In this document: positions 8,791 to 14,917 of the stretch, piece by piece
How positions within the stretch are numbered: the first letter of the stretch is position 1
Layout: every line of letters starts with the position of its first letter
From: Chromatiaceae bacterium
GTDB lineage: Bacteria > Pseudomonadota > Gammaproteobacteria > Chromatiales > Chromatiaceae
DNA: 24,000 nt
Assembly: GCA_044228795.1 (NCBI GenBank)
Contig: JBGAUE010000013.1
Span: 69,308 to 93,307, forward strand
Direction: 5' to 3'
The notes under the pieces: generated by a model
Seen by the model: only the letters and a program-made list of their open reading frames with translations
The model's database searches: none
What the model was told of the DNA's origin: nothing
Translations under genes and position numbers: made by a program

Positions 8791-8820
8791 TTTTTATTTC
8801 GGTATTTTTTTTTATTAAAG
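8791..8820 (+). repeat. AT-rich tract 1, carrying copy 1 of TTTTTATTTC-GGTA
   Basis: TTTTTATTTCGGTA at 8791-8804 is followed by TTTTTTTTTATTAAAG. Copy 2, with one extra T, lies at 9137-9151. Confidence 0.7.
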
Positions 8821-9136
8821 CTCCTCCGCTGCCGGCCATGGAGAGCGAAGCGAAGGCCGGTAGTCCCCGGAAGGCGTCGGCGCGAGCGTGCCGCCGGAGG
8901 GGCGTAGGGGCCACCGGTCCCGAAGCCGTGGAGGCGGTATGCAGAGCGCATCCGACACGCCGTCGAGCCATTCGTCGTAGGGTCATGGCAGAGTCCGACC
9001 GTCCCCACAGGGGACACGTCGTGACGGAGCCCTGACCCGGAGCGGGGCGGCCGGGGCCTCATGGTTGTCGCCGAGCGCAAGGCGAAAGGGGGACTGGGAT
9101 GTCCCGTTTCGCATCCTGAGCACGGCGACACTCCGA

Positions 9137-9162
9137 TTTTTATTTCTGGTAAAGAAAAATAA
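9137..9162 (+). repeat. AT-rich tract 2, carrying copy 2 of TTTTTATTTCTGGTA
   Basis: TTTTTATTTCTGGTA at 9137-9151 is followed by AAGAAAAATAA. It is a direct repeat of 8791-8804 with a 1-nt indel. Confidence 0.7.
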
Positions 9163-9240
9163 TAGGACAACTAGGGCAACCGGGACGATGCGAGTAACCA
9201 CGCGGCGTCTGCGTGTCCTAGCAGCGTCCGGGATGCCCTA
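9163..9240 (+). repeat. Further copies of the TG(T/C)CCTAG motif
   Basis: TAGGACA at 9163-9169 is the inverted copy of TGTCCTA. TGTCCTAG is at 9214-9221 and TGCCCTAG at 9233-9240. Confidence 0.6.
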
Positions 9241-9253
9241 GTTAGCGACATTT

Positions 9254-9281
9254 GCCGCGCCCCCACCATGGGGGCGGCGGC
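9254..9281. other. Very stable GC hairpin of unknown role
   Basis: GCCGCGCCCCC (9254-9264), loop ACCAT, then GGGGGCGGCGGC (9270-9281). This gives 11 bp with one bulged G. No U-tract follows on either strand, so it is not a canonical terminator. Confidence 0.5.
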
Positions 9282-9424
9282 CAGGAACAGCTCAGCGTCC
9301 TTGTCTTTGAGCTATCCCACCCTCACCCGTGGCATCCAGCGGGGCAGGTTCCCGGCGGCGCAAGCGCGGCGCCAGGATGCCACGGCTACGCCCCTCTGCC
9401 GCAGGAGCGGCACAAGCAGTGGCG

Positions 9425-12013
9425 CTAGCCCTCCCCATCAGGTTCACCCCAGTCGACCGCCTGGTGGATGGCCTTCTCGAACGCCGCCCGGCACTCGGCG
9501 AGATTCGGCAGCACATAGCACCACTGCCGGCTGCCATAGTCCGTCTTGCGCTCCCGGCGGCAACCCGTGATGCGAATGAAGGTGCGTCCGAACGACACCG
9601 CGGATTGCACTCGCTGGGATCTGTCCTTAGCCCAGGCCTCAAAGGCCAGGCGCACCGTGGCGCAGGGTACTTCAATGGGTGCGTTCTCCCAGTTAGAGGT
9701 ATTGAATCTCACACTACCCAGCAGGGGGTCATGCCCGAAGCGGGAGAGCAGTGCCGCCAGGTTCAAGCCGCCATCCTGCAGGACGTCCGCCCACCACTGC
9801 ACCACGGGGTCCGCACCGCGCAGTTTCGCCTCAAGCCGCGTCACCTGTTCCAGTCCGAGGTCGGGCATCTTGCGGGGGTCGAAACCCTGGAGATTCCAGT
9901 GCAGCAGCAGGTACAGGAAGGCCTCCAGGCCACCGGCATCGATTTCTTGCTTGAGGGCAGCGAAATAGGCATGGTCGCCGATACGCGCGGGGCTCAGATC
10001 GAGAATGAAGAAGCGGCGGTCATCCAGGTCGACGGGAATCGGCCAGTCCTCGTTGGACAGAACGATCAGGTGAACACAATTGCGCACGCTGAACTTATTG
10101 ACCCCCTTGGGCTCTACAGCGATGATTCGGTCGGTGACAATGCTCTTGATCGTTCCTGCGGCACTCCTGTTGCCTCCCCAAAGGGCTTCGTTCAGCGCCA
10201 GCAAAATCGTCGCTGCCAGATGGTGGTTAAAGCGCCCGGTCAGATCGTCGATCTTGGTGGTCACGTAGGTGTGCGCGCCAAAAATCTTCTGAAACATATC
10301 AATAATGATATTTTTACCGGCTCCCTGACCTGAACGGAGTACCAGTGCCGTTTCTGCGGGCACACCAGGAAATTGCACCATCTGTGCTAACCAGGCCACC
10401 ACGTACTGATAGACCTCATCGTTTTCATGGCACCAGATCGCGCGAATGTGAGAGAGGATCAATTCGCACTTGCCCTCGACTGGACGTATCGGGTAGCCCA
10501 AGAACAGGTTGAGCGTATCACCCTCCGGCAACCGCAGATCCCCCGGCGCGAGCCGGGCCTCGGGGCGAAACTCGATCCGGTCGTACTGTTTGCGGTGGGG
10601 CTGGTGATACCAAACATCGACGAGGGGCTTGAACTGAATCCGCGGCAAGCCTTTGGAGTAAGCGATCACCGGCACACGCAAATGGCCGTACATGACCCTC
10701 AGGTCCCGGAGAGTGGACAGTACCACCTTGGGCGCGTCGAAATTAGGATCCAGGTCGATATAGACCAGACTGGCCTTGCCCTCGACCATCACCAGCCGGT
10801 AGCGTTGGTCAAACTCTTCGAGTTGCCAAGCCCTTTGGCGGCCCGCGGCCGCGATCGTCTCGTCATCCGACCCACTCAGCCCCTTCCACCCCGCGGCTTT
10901 GCAGAGATGAAACAAGGTGCCCAGCCCCACGCCTTGTGCCGGGTCGAAGTGGAAGGTCTGCCAGCGATAGGCTGTTTCCCCCTCCCGGTAAGCATGGCCC
11001 TTGCGGCTCCAGGAGTCCCATAGCTCCAATGCCACCGGGTCGCCGCCGCCCGCGGCGTGCAGGGCCATGCCGATGTGGAGCCAGTCCAGATAGCCAATGT
11101 CGGGGTCAAGGGCTTGCAGGGCGGACACCACCTTGGCGTACTGGGGCAGCAACTGCCTGGAGAAGACCTCCTCCTCCTGGTGTGCCGGACAGGCCGCACC
11201 GGTGCTACCTGCGGCCCGGATGCGTGGGGCGCTGTCGCGGGTCACCGGCGGGAAGAGCTGCAGAATCTTTTCCCAGGACCAGGCCGGGTCGTCGGATTCC
11301 TCGACCAGCCGCACCAGCCAGGGTTGATCCGGGTGCTTCAGGTGCAGCGTGCCCGGCAGGCGCAATCCGCGGGTGATGTCTTTGGCGTTCGGATCCGAGC
11401 CATAGCGCTGGACGAGACACTCCTGGACGCCCGCAAAGCTGTCGAGGGGCGCCTCAGCGACCAGGAGATAGCGGTGAAAGCGACCGGGGGATGACTCCAC
11501 GACCAGGTGCGGTTGGCAGGGCAACTCCGGCTCGTCGCCGCGGTCACACTCCTGCCACAGGGCCCGTACCCGGGTCAGGTTTTCCTTCTTGCGTCCAGTC
11601 AAGTCGGTCTCATTGACGACCACCGCGACGCCGGCGCCCTGCGCCTGAAGGGCCATGAGCTGTTCCCACGACTCGCTTAAGGTCCCGTGCAGGGTACGAT
11701 TCAAGGCTCCGAGCCTTCCCCCCGAACGATCCTTACGATCGTCGAAGGTAAAAAAGGTCCATTGCGCTGCGCCAGGATCCAGCCGCGCCAGAAAGCCACG
11801 CGCTATCTCGATGTCGGGTGTGGGTGCCTTTGTGGGGGTTTTCTGATGGCTATGGGGGACTTGCGGACGATACTTGTTCTGAGTATCGCCGGGTTGCGAA
11901 TAGTCAAAGTTGTCGTTAAACATGGCGGTATTACTCATGGTCGAGGTTGAAGATGCTGCTGACGTTTTGGCAGACTGACGCGGCCAGTGCTGTGGGGCTG
12001 GAACCAGGGTCAT
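9425..12013 (-). CDS. Primase-polymerase (RepB'/AEP-like) + PriCT-2-like + D5/P4-alpha-like SF3 helicase (DUF5906-like) replication protein
   Basis: 862-aa ORF.
- N-terminal block: ...WTFFTFDD...GAGVAVVVNETD...VVESSPGRFHRYLL...RLPGTLHLK, with the acidic and RLPG motifs of plasmid/phage prim-pol domains.
- Middle: YLDWLHIGMALH...WDSWS (PriCT-like).
- C-terminal: Walker A SGQGAGKN and Walker B-like LLALNE, then IVLSNE.

The start ATG at 12013 overlaps the upstream stop (ATGA). An alternative ATG lies at 11938. Confidence 0.9.
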   Translation of the reverse strand: MTLVPAPQHWPRQSAKTSAASSTSTMSNTAMFNDNFDYSQPGDTQNKYRPQVPHSHQKTPTKAPTPDIEIARGFLARLDPGAAQWTFFTFDDRKDRSGGRLGALNRTLHGTLSESWEQLMALQAQGAGVAVVVNETDLTGRKKENLTRVRALWQECDRGDEPELPCQPHLVVESSPGRFHRYLLVAEAPLDSFAGVQECLVQRYGSDPNAKDITRGLRLPGTLHLKHPDQPWLVRLVEESDDPAWSWEKILQLFPPVTRDSAPRIRAAGSTGAACPAHQEEEVFSRQLLPQYAKVVSALQALDPDIGYLDWLHIGMALHAAGGGDPVALELWDSWSRKGHAYREGETAYRWQTFHFDPAQGVGLGTLFHLCKAAGWKGLSGSDDETIAAAGRQRAWQLEEFDQRYRLVMVEGKASLVYIDLDPNFDAPKVVLSTLRDLRVMYGHLRVPVIAYSKGLPRIQFKPLVDVWYHQPHRKQYDRIEFRPEARLAPGDLRLPEGDTLNLFLGYPIRPVEGKCELILSHIRAIWCHENDEVYQYVVAWLAQMVQFPGVPAETALVLRSGQGAGKNIIIDMFQKIFGAHTYVTTKIDDLTGRFNHHLAATILLALNEALWGGNRSAAGTIKSIVTDRIIAVEPKGVNKFSVRNCVHLIVLSNEDWPIPVDLDDRRFFILDLSPARIGDHAYFAALKQEIDAGGLEAFLYLLLHWNLQGFDPRKMPDLGLEQVTRLEAKLRGADPVVQWWADVLQDGGLNLAALLSRFGHDPLLGSVRFNTSNWENAPIEVPCATVRLAFEAWAKDRSQRVQSAVSFGRTFIRITGCRRERKTDYGSRQWCYVLPNLAECRAAFEKAIHQAVDWGEPDGEG

Positions 12014-12213
12014 CGCGAGGTACCGCTCGCGGTGCGGATGAGCTGGTCGGGGCCATCACTGGGCCACATCAGACGCCCGCTCGGGGTCTTGAAGGGCCGC
12101 ACGCCAAAGTAGGAGCCGGTGCGGCAGAGGCGGACCCGTACCGTCTGTGGTTTTACGCCCAGCGCGTGAGCGAAGTCTTCGGTAGGGATTCGGTCGGATC
12201 GATAGGAGGGCAT
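12010..12213 (-). CDS. Small HTH DNA-binding protein (AlpA/excisionase-like, HTH_17-type)
   Basis: The ORF track gives 12010..12237. I prefer ATG 12213, which has AGGA 9 nt upstream. The sequence RIPTEDFAHALGVKPQTVRVRLCRTGSYFGVRPFKTPSGRLMWPSD follows the excisionase-family HTH pattern. It is ATGA-coupled to the primase gene. Confidence 0.75.
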   Translation of the reverse strand: MPSYRSDRIPTEDFAHALGVKPQTVRVRLCRTGSYFGVRPFKTPSGRLMWPSDGPDQLIRTASGTSR

Positions 12214-12220
12214 GGCTCGT

Positions 12221-12243
12221 ATTCCTGGATGATTCACAGGAAT
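12221..12243. promoter_or_regulatory. Inverted repeat ATTCCT-N11-AGGAAT covering the SD of the HTH gene
   Basis: ATTCCT at 12221-12226 and AGGAAT at 12238-12243, read directly. On the minus strand the distal arm supplies the AGGA Shine-Dalgarno. An operator or SD-sequestering role is inferred. Confidence 0.3.
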
Positions 12244-12322
12244 GCCAAGCTACACCAGCAAATTCAGGGGAAATATCCCCTCTGGGCCGGACAGGTGGTT
12301 TTTTGGCCGAACTCGGGTTTAG

Positions 12323-12352
12323 TTCATCCTATTTTCCTCAGTTGACTTCGAC
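12323..12352 (+). repeat. Left target-site duplication (TTCAT) plus IRL
   Basis: Read directly; see the IS entry. Confidence 0.8.
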
Positions 12353-14062
12353 AGAACGGCTGTAAGCTCAGTGCGGGAGCGGGCTTGCATCAGAACAGGA
12401 GGGTCACCCAATGGGTGAGGGGGTGTTTGAGCAAAAGGCTCTGGTCAAAGCGGTCGATAGCGCCTGGCAGGAGCAGCAGCAGGAGCGAGCGGCGGAGGTG
12501 TTGCGCGTAGCGACCCCCGGCGGTCGGTTTCACGTTCGCTGGGACGAAGGCGGCAGCGCCACAGCCCTAGGGCAGTTGGTGTTCTTTGCCGAGTTTCTGG
12601 ACGTCTCGGGGCTGTGCGCGCGCTGGGTGGATGGCTGCCCGATGGCCTACACCAGCCCCAACGCGCCCGCCGTGGGGAACGTCCTTGGCACCTGGCTGCT
12701 GTCGATCCTGGATGGGCAGCGGCGCTATGCGCACGTGACCGGACTGCGCGGCGACGCCGTCGCCCCGCAGATCCTCGGCATGGACAAAATTGTCAGCGAT
12801 GAGAGCCTGCGTCGCGCCCTGGCGCATCTGGCACCGAACCAGCCCAAGCGCGGCGGTGAAGAAGAGCGCGCCGCGCGCGTGGCACCACTGGCGAAGAGCA
12901 CCGCCTGGATGGACACGGCCCTGAGCGAGAGCACCCGTGAGGCCCTGCGCACCGCCTGGATCCTCGACATCGACACCACCGTCAAACTGCTCTACGGCCA
13001 CCAGGCCGGCGCCGAGATCGGCTACAACCCCACCCAGCCAGGACGCCCAAGCCATACCCTGCATACCTACTGGATCGGCAACCTGCGCCTGGTGCTCGAT
13101 GTCGAGGTGCAAGGCGGCAAAGCCAGCGCGGCCAAACACCGCCTGCCCCGCCTGTGTCAGTTGCTCGAGCGGCTCGCCCCCGAGGAACGCCCCACCCTGG
13201 TGCGCGGCGACAACGCCTTTGGCAATGAGGGGGTCATGCTCGAGATGGAAGCCATGGGGCAGCGCTATCTGTTCAAGCTGCGGCAGACCGCCGGGGTTAA
13301 ACGCCTGATCGAACGGCAATGGCAGCACGGCGAGTGGCACGGCGTGGGTCAGGGCTGCGACGCCGTCGAAAGCCAACTGCGGCTGTCGGGCTGGAGCCGC
13401 GCGCGGCGCGTGGTGGTGCTGCGGCGGCGGGTCAAAGACCGCCTGGCGGCCGAGACCCACAGTGAGGACCCACAGCAGGCGCTGCACTTCATCGACAGTT
13501 CAGACCAGGTCAAGCTCTGGGAGTACGCCGTGCTGGTGACCAACGCCGACTATGCGCTGGAAGCCATGGGCCCGCTCTACCGGGACCGGGCCGATTGCGA
13601 GAACGGTTTCGATGAGTTGAAGAACCACTGGGGCTGGGGTGGCTACACCACCCATGACCTGGAGCGCTGTAACCTGTCGGCGCGCGCGGTGGCGCTGATT
13701 GACAACGGGTGGAGTTGGTATGTCCGCCTGGCGCATCCGCAGACCCGCCTGGAGGCGATCACCAGCCGCCCCATGCTGCTCAGCGGTGTCGCCCGCCTGA
13801 CCCAGCACGCCGGCCAGTCCCGGCTGCTGCTCACCCTGTCCCATGGGGCAGGCGCGCGGATCAAGGAGATGATCGCCAATATCCGCGCGGGTCTTGACCA
13901 TGTTCTGGCAAACGCGCCTCAGTTGCCAACCATCGACCGCTGGCGCGCCCTCGTGCGTTACATCGTCAACCAAATCACTGCGGCCAGACCGCAAATTCCA
14001 TCGCCTCGCCGCTTGCCACCTCCTCGGTTGGCTCTCGGATCGAGTTAACAGAGGAATTTAGG
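12328..14062 (+). mobile_element. Complete insertion sequence (1735 bp), IS1380/IS4-superfamily-like
   Basis: The left end is CCTATTTTCCTCAGTTGACTTCGAC (12328-12352). The reverse complement of the right end is CCTAAATTCCTCTGTTAACTCGATC (14062-14038). They match at 16 of the first 20 positions and again at CGA after a 1-nt gap. Flanking 5-bp direct repeats TTCAT lie at 12323-12327 and 14063-14067. There is a single transposase ORF whose stop lies inside the right IR. Confidence 0.85.
12411..14048 (+). CDS. DDE transposase (YREK signature)
   Basis: 545-aa ORF. YRDRADCENGFDELK fits Y-x2-R-x3-E-x6-K of IS4/IS5/IS1380-type transposases. Candidate catalytic D regions are ILDIDTT and LVRGDNAF. CC-starting IRs, a 5-bp TSD and a length of about 1.7 kb fit IS1380-like elements as I recall the ISfinder family descriptions. 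Confidence 0.92.
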   Translation: MGEGVFEQKALVKAVDSAWQEQQQERAAEVLRVATPGGRFHVRWDEGGSATALGQLVFFAEFLDVSGLCARWVDGCPMAYTSPNAPAVGNVLGTWLLSILDGQRRYAHVTGLRGDAVAPQILGMDKIVSDESLRRALAHLAPNQPKRGGEEERAARVAPLAKSTAWMDTALSESTREALRTAWILDIDTTVKLLYGHQAGAEIGYNPTQPGRPSHTLHTYWIGNLRLVLDVEVQGGKASAAKHRLPRLCQLLERLAPEERPTLVRGDNAFGNEGVMLEMEAMGQRYLFKLRQTAGVKRLIERQWQHGEWHGVGQGCDAVESQLRLSGWSRARRVVVLRRRVKDRLAAETHSEDPQQALHFIDSSDQVKLWEYAVLVTNADYALEAMGPLYRDRADCENGFDELKNHWGWGGYTTHDLERCNLSARAVALIDNGWSWYVRLAHPQTRLEAITSRPMLLSGVARLTQHAGQSRLLLTLSHGAGARIKEMIANIRAGLDHVLANAPQLPTIDRWRALVRYIVNQITAARPQIPSPRRLPPPRLALGSS

Positions 14063-14067
14063 TTCAT
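14038..14067 (+). repeat. IRR plus right target-site duplication (TTCAT)
   Basis: Read directly. The duplication contains the stop codon (14064-14066) of the 213-aa minus-strand gene. Confidence 0.8.
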
Positions 14068-14705
14068 TCCTTGCGGGGGCGGCCGCTGCGCTTTTTTACC
14101 GCCGGAGGGGCGACCTCGCTAGCCCAATTTTCAAGAGTCTTCGGATCGTAGGCACGTGAGAGATACGGTCTGATTATGGACATGATCCCGTTTTCTCCAC
14201 GGATTCTAGTCTCCGGATGCTTTGTCCAATGACGCCTGCACGCCGCTTGGAAGCGTTCTCTGTCCTCCCTTTCCTCGAGTTTGGTCCTGGTTAGTCTACC
14301 GAGAGCTACTCTGATGCCCTCCAGCTCGGCAGCGGCCACTTGGAGCAGCTTCATCTCCGCGACAATGCAGCTTGCGGATAAGGCGCAACAGACCGCCCGC
14401 GAGATGTCGTTGTCGGCTATAGCTTGAAGCGCCTTCTCAAACTGCGACTGCGCCTCAGTGTGCAAATCTGTCAACTCCGGCGCGGTCTCCTTGATCTTCC
14501 TCCAGTGGCTGTCCAGGGTAATCGCCGAGGACTGGAAGAACTGCGGGTTTCCTGGCTGGTGGCCCTCAGCCGGGTCACAAACTGCTGCTTCGATCAGGAC
14601 GGCCTTCAGGGCCTTAATTGGGTCGTTATGCCTGACACCCTGGGAGAATTGCGGTGCTCCGATGGAAAACATCGCGTGTCTATTCTCTTGGATCTTTTCT
14701 GCCAA
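14064..14705 (-). CDS. Hypothetical protein with a basic AT-hook-like tail; 5' end unresolved (frame open to 14810)
   Basis: The 213-aa ORF starts at a TTG with no convincing SD. The same frame stays open for 35 more codons (DELVNEPPHDDDDAWVWFENLGEIERAQLEEKPGE) up to the predicted intron 3' end, with no ATG/GTG/TTG in between. The C-terminus is KKRSGRPRKE. Confidence 0.65.
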   Translation of the reverse strand: MAEKIQENRHAMFSIGAPQFSQGVRHNDPIKALKAVLIEAAVCDPAEGHQPGNPQFFQSSAITLDSHWRKIKETAPELTDLHTEAQSQFEKALQAIADNDISRAVCCALSASCIVAEMKLLQVAAAELEGIRVALGRLTRTKLEEREDRERFQAACRRHWTKHPETRIRGENGIMSIIRPYLSRAYDPKTLENWASEVAPPAVKKRSGRPRKE

Positions 14706-14813
14706 TTCTCCCGGTTTTTCCTCAAGTTGCGCGCGCTCTATCTCGCCTAAATTCTCGAACCATACCCAGGCATCGTCGTCGTCATGAGGAGGTTCGTTTA
14801 CTAATTCATCTCA

Positions 14814-14847
14814 GCCGTAGGGACGCCGGTTGCCCGGCGCCCCCGGC
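14814..14847 (-). ncRNA. Group II intron domain VI with bulged branch-point A
   Basis: The minus strand reads GCCGGGGGCGCCGG-GCAA-CCGGCGUCCC-UA-CGGC. This is a 10-bp helix capped by a GNRA loop, a UA bulge (A at 14818) and 4 basal pairs. Confidence 0.65.
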
Positions 14848-14850
14848 ACA

Positions 14851-14883
14851 GTCCCGGACGTGCAGTTTTTCCGCATCCGGTTC
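14851..14883 (-). ncRNA. Group II intron domain V
   Basis: The minus strand reads GAACCGGAUGCGGAAAAACUGCACGUCCGGGAC. This gives a lower helix CCGGAU/GUCCGG, a 3'-strand AC bulge, an upper helix GCGG/CUGC and a terminal loop, which is the classic DV shape. Confidence 0.8.
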
Positions 14884-14917
14884 TTCGGTTGTACTCGCCT
14901 TCGCGCGAGCGAATGGT

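Larger units (their letters stand above)
8763..9240. other. Candidate replication origin of the primase-encoding element (iterons plus AT-rich tracts)
   Basis: This ORF-free tract lies between convergent genes, directly downstream of the primase/helicase gene. It has about six copies of an 8-mer motif flanking two AT-rich tracts. The origin assignment is an inference from the architecture. Confidence 0.4.

Noticed and set aside
8225-9170. 253-aa and 177-aa minus-strand ORFs (8225..8986, 8637..9170) and the 82-aa plus ORF 8787..9035 across the origin-like tract
   Set aside because: They give Arg/Pro-rich nonsense-like translations, run through AT-rich tracts and iterons, and overlap the better 8168..8707 gene. 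I treat 8708-9424 as non-coding.
8763-9240. Possibility that the TGTCCTAG repeats are a CRISPR array
   Set aside because: The repeats are only 8-9 bp, irregularly spaced and in both orientations. There are no 25-40 bp repeat/spacer periodicity and no cas genes.
9255-9269. GCGCCCCCACCA, resembling a tRNA/tmRNA acceptor 3' end
   Set aside because: No T-arm (GTTCRANNC) or other cloverleaf elements lie upstream. The sequence is instead one arm and the loop of the strong hairpin at 9254-9281.
9329-10333. 334-aa plus-strand ORF antisense to the primase/helicase gene
   Set aside because: It has an Arg/Ala/Gly-rich shadow-frame composition. The minus-strand frame carries clear primase and Walker motifs.
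12567-13487. 306-aa minus-strand ORF inside the IS
   Set aside because: It is antisense to the transposase ORF, which has the YREK signature. Its composition is typical of a GC-rich shadow frame.
14054-14073. AGGAAT-N8-ATTCCT hairpin at the IS right end, considered as a terminator or as the IS inverted repeat partner of 12221-12243
   Set aside because: A much better IR pair (12328-12352 / 14038-14062) with a 5-bp TSD explains the IS ends. The shared AGGAAT hexamer is too short to be meaningful.
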